A stretch of DNA of 46,925 nt from an uncultured Pseudomonadales bacterium (GTDB lineage: Bacteria > Patescibacteriota > Microgenomatia > UBA1400 > CAYNFZ01), in NCBI GenBank assembly GCA_964398525.1, contig CAYNMS010000008.1, positions 1 to 46,925 of the forward strand. The letters are read 5' to 3'. Position numbers and translations under genes: made by a program. Below the pieces are notes generated by a model. It searched no databases. It was not told the origin of the DNA and saw nothing but the letters and a program-made list of their open reading frames with translations. Shown here in pieces: positions 46,804-46,925 of this stretch. Numbering within the stretch: the stretch's first letter is position 1; every line of letters begins with the position of its first letter.

Positions 46804-46925
46804 CTGAAACGAGAAGGGAATTATAAATCAAGCGTTAGGGGATAACAAGCTTATCGAAGATAGCGGTCAATATTTTGTTGGTGCTCGAGGTAAGTGGTGG
46901 CATAGTGCATTTGAGATCCTTGAGA

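Noticed and set aside
46851-46925. Open frame on the minus strand ending ...QQNIDRYLR* at the window edge
   Set aside because: Only 24 codons are visible, which is too short to call. The C-terminus does not resemble L7/L12 or any family I can recognise.
1-46925. Alternative genetic code (UGA recoding, as in some CPR lineages)
   Set aside because: All conserved genes are full length under the standard code, and TGA is used as a genuine stop (for example in adk and rpsQ).

Overview
The gene content is consistent with a small-genome, CPR/Patescibacteria-like bacterium; that attribution is inference only. About 60% of the window (18845..46615, minus strand) is one uninterrupted block: rpoB-rpoC-rpsL-rpsG-fusA-tuf-rpsJ, then the S10/spc/alpha ribosomal protein genes, then rplM-rpsI. 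There is no rpmD (L30) gene between rpsE and rplO, and many ribosomal proteins carry low-complexity tails. The left end (1..4882, minus strand) holds two ABC-2 permeases, hup, rny, recX and recA. A tRNA-Pro(GGG) lies at 5037..5107. A plus-strand housekeeping block follows at 11242..18788: an EEP nuclease, two Nudix hydrolases, an acidic lipoprotein, a DipZ-like protein, an IMPase, an AlkA-like glycosylase, rnhB on the minus strand, and pyk. The most interesting part is the roughly 6 kb stretch directly 3' of tRNA-Pro (5108..11241). By eye it is AT-rich. It contains three orphan ORFs, a BrnT/BrnA toxin-antitoxin pair, an MFS transporter, CutA and a decayed MFS 3' fragment. Almost every spacer in it carries a member of a shared non-coding repeat family, scored here as three sub-types with hand-aligned identities of 57/62, a 25-nt identical core, and 47/69. 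It also has an unusually long 510-bp non-coding spacer full of inverted repeats. No integrase or transposase is visible and canonical integron attC cores are absent, so this looks like an undescribed cassette or recombination architecture. Secondary observations are candidate attenuators before rplC and rpoB, and terminator-shaped hairpins inside the str-operon region. No rRNA or CRISPR was seen, and the standard genetic code fits.
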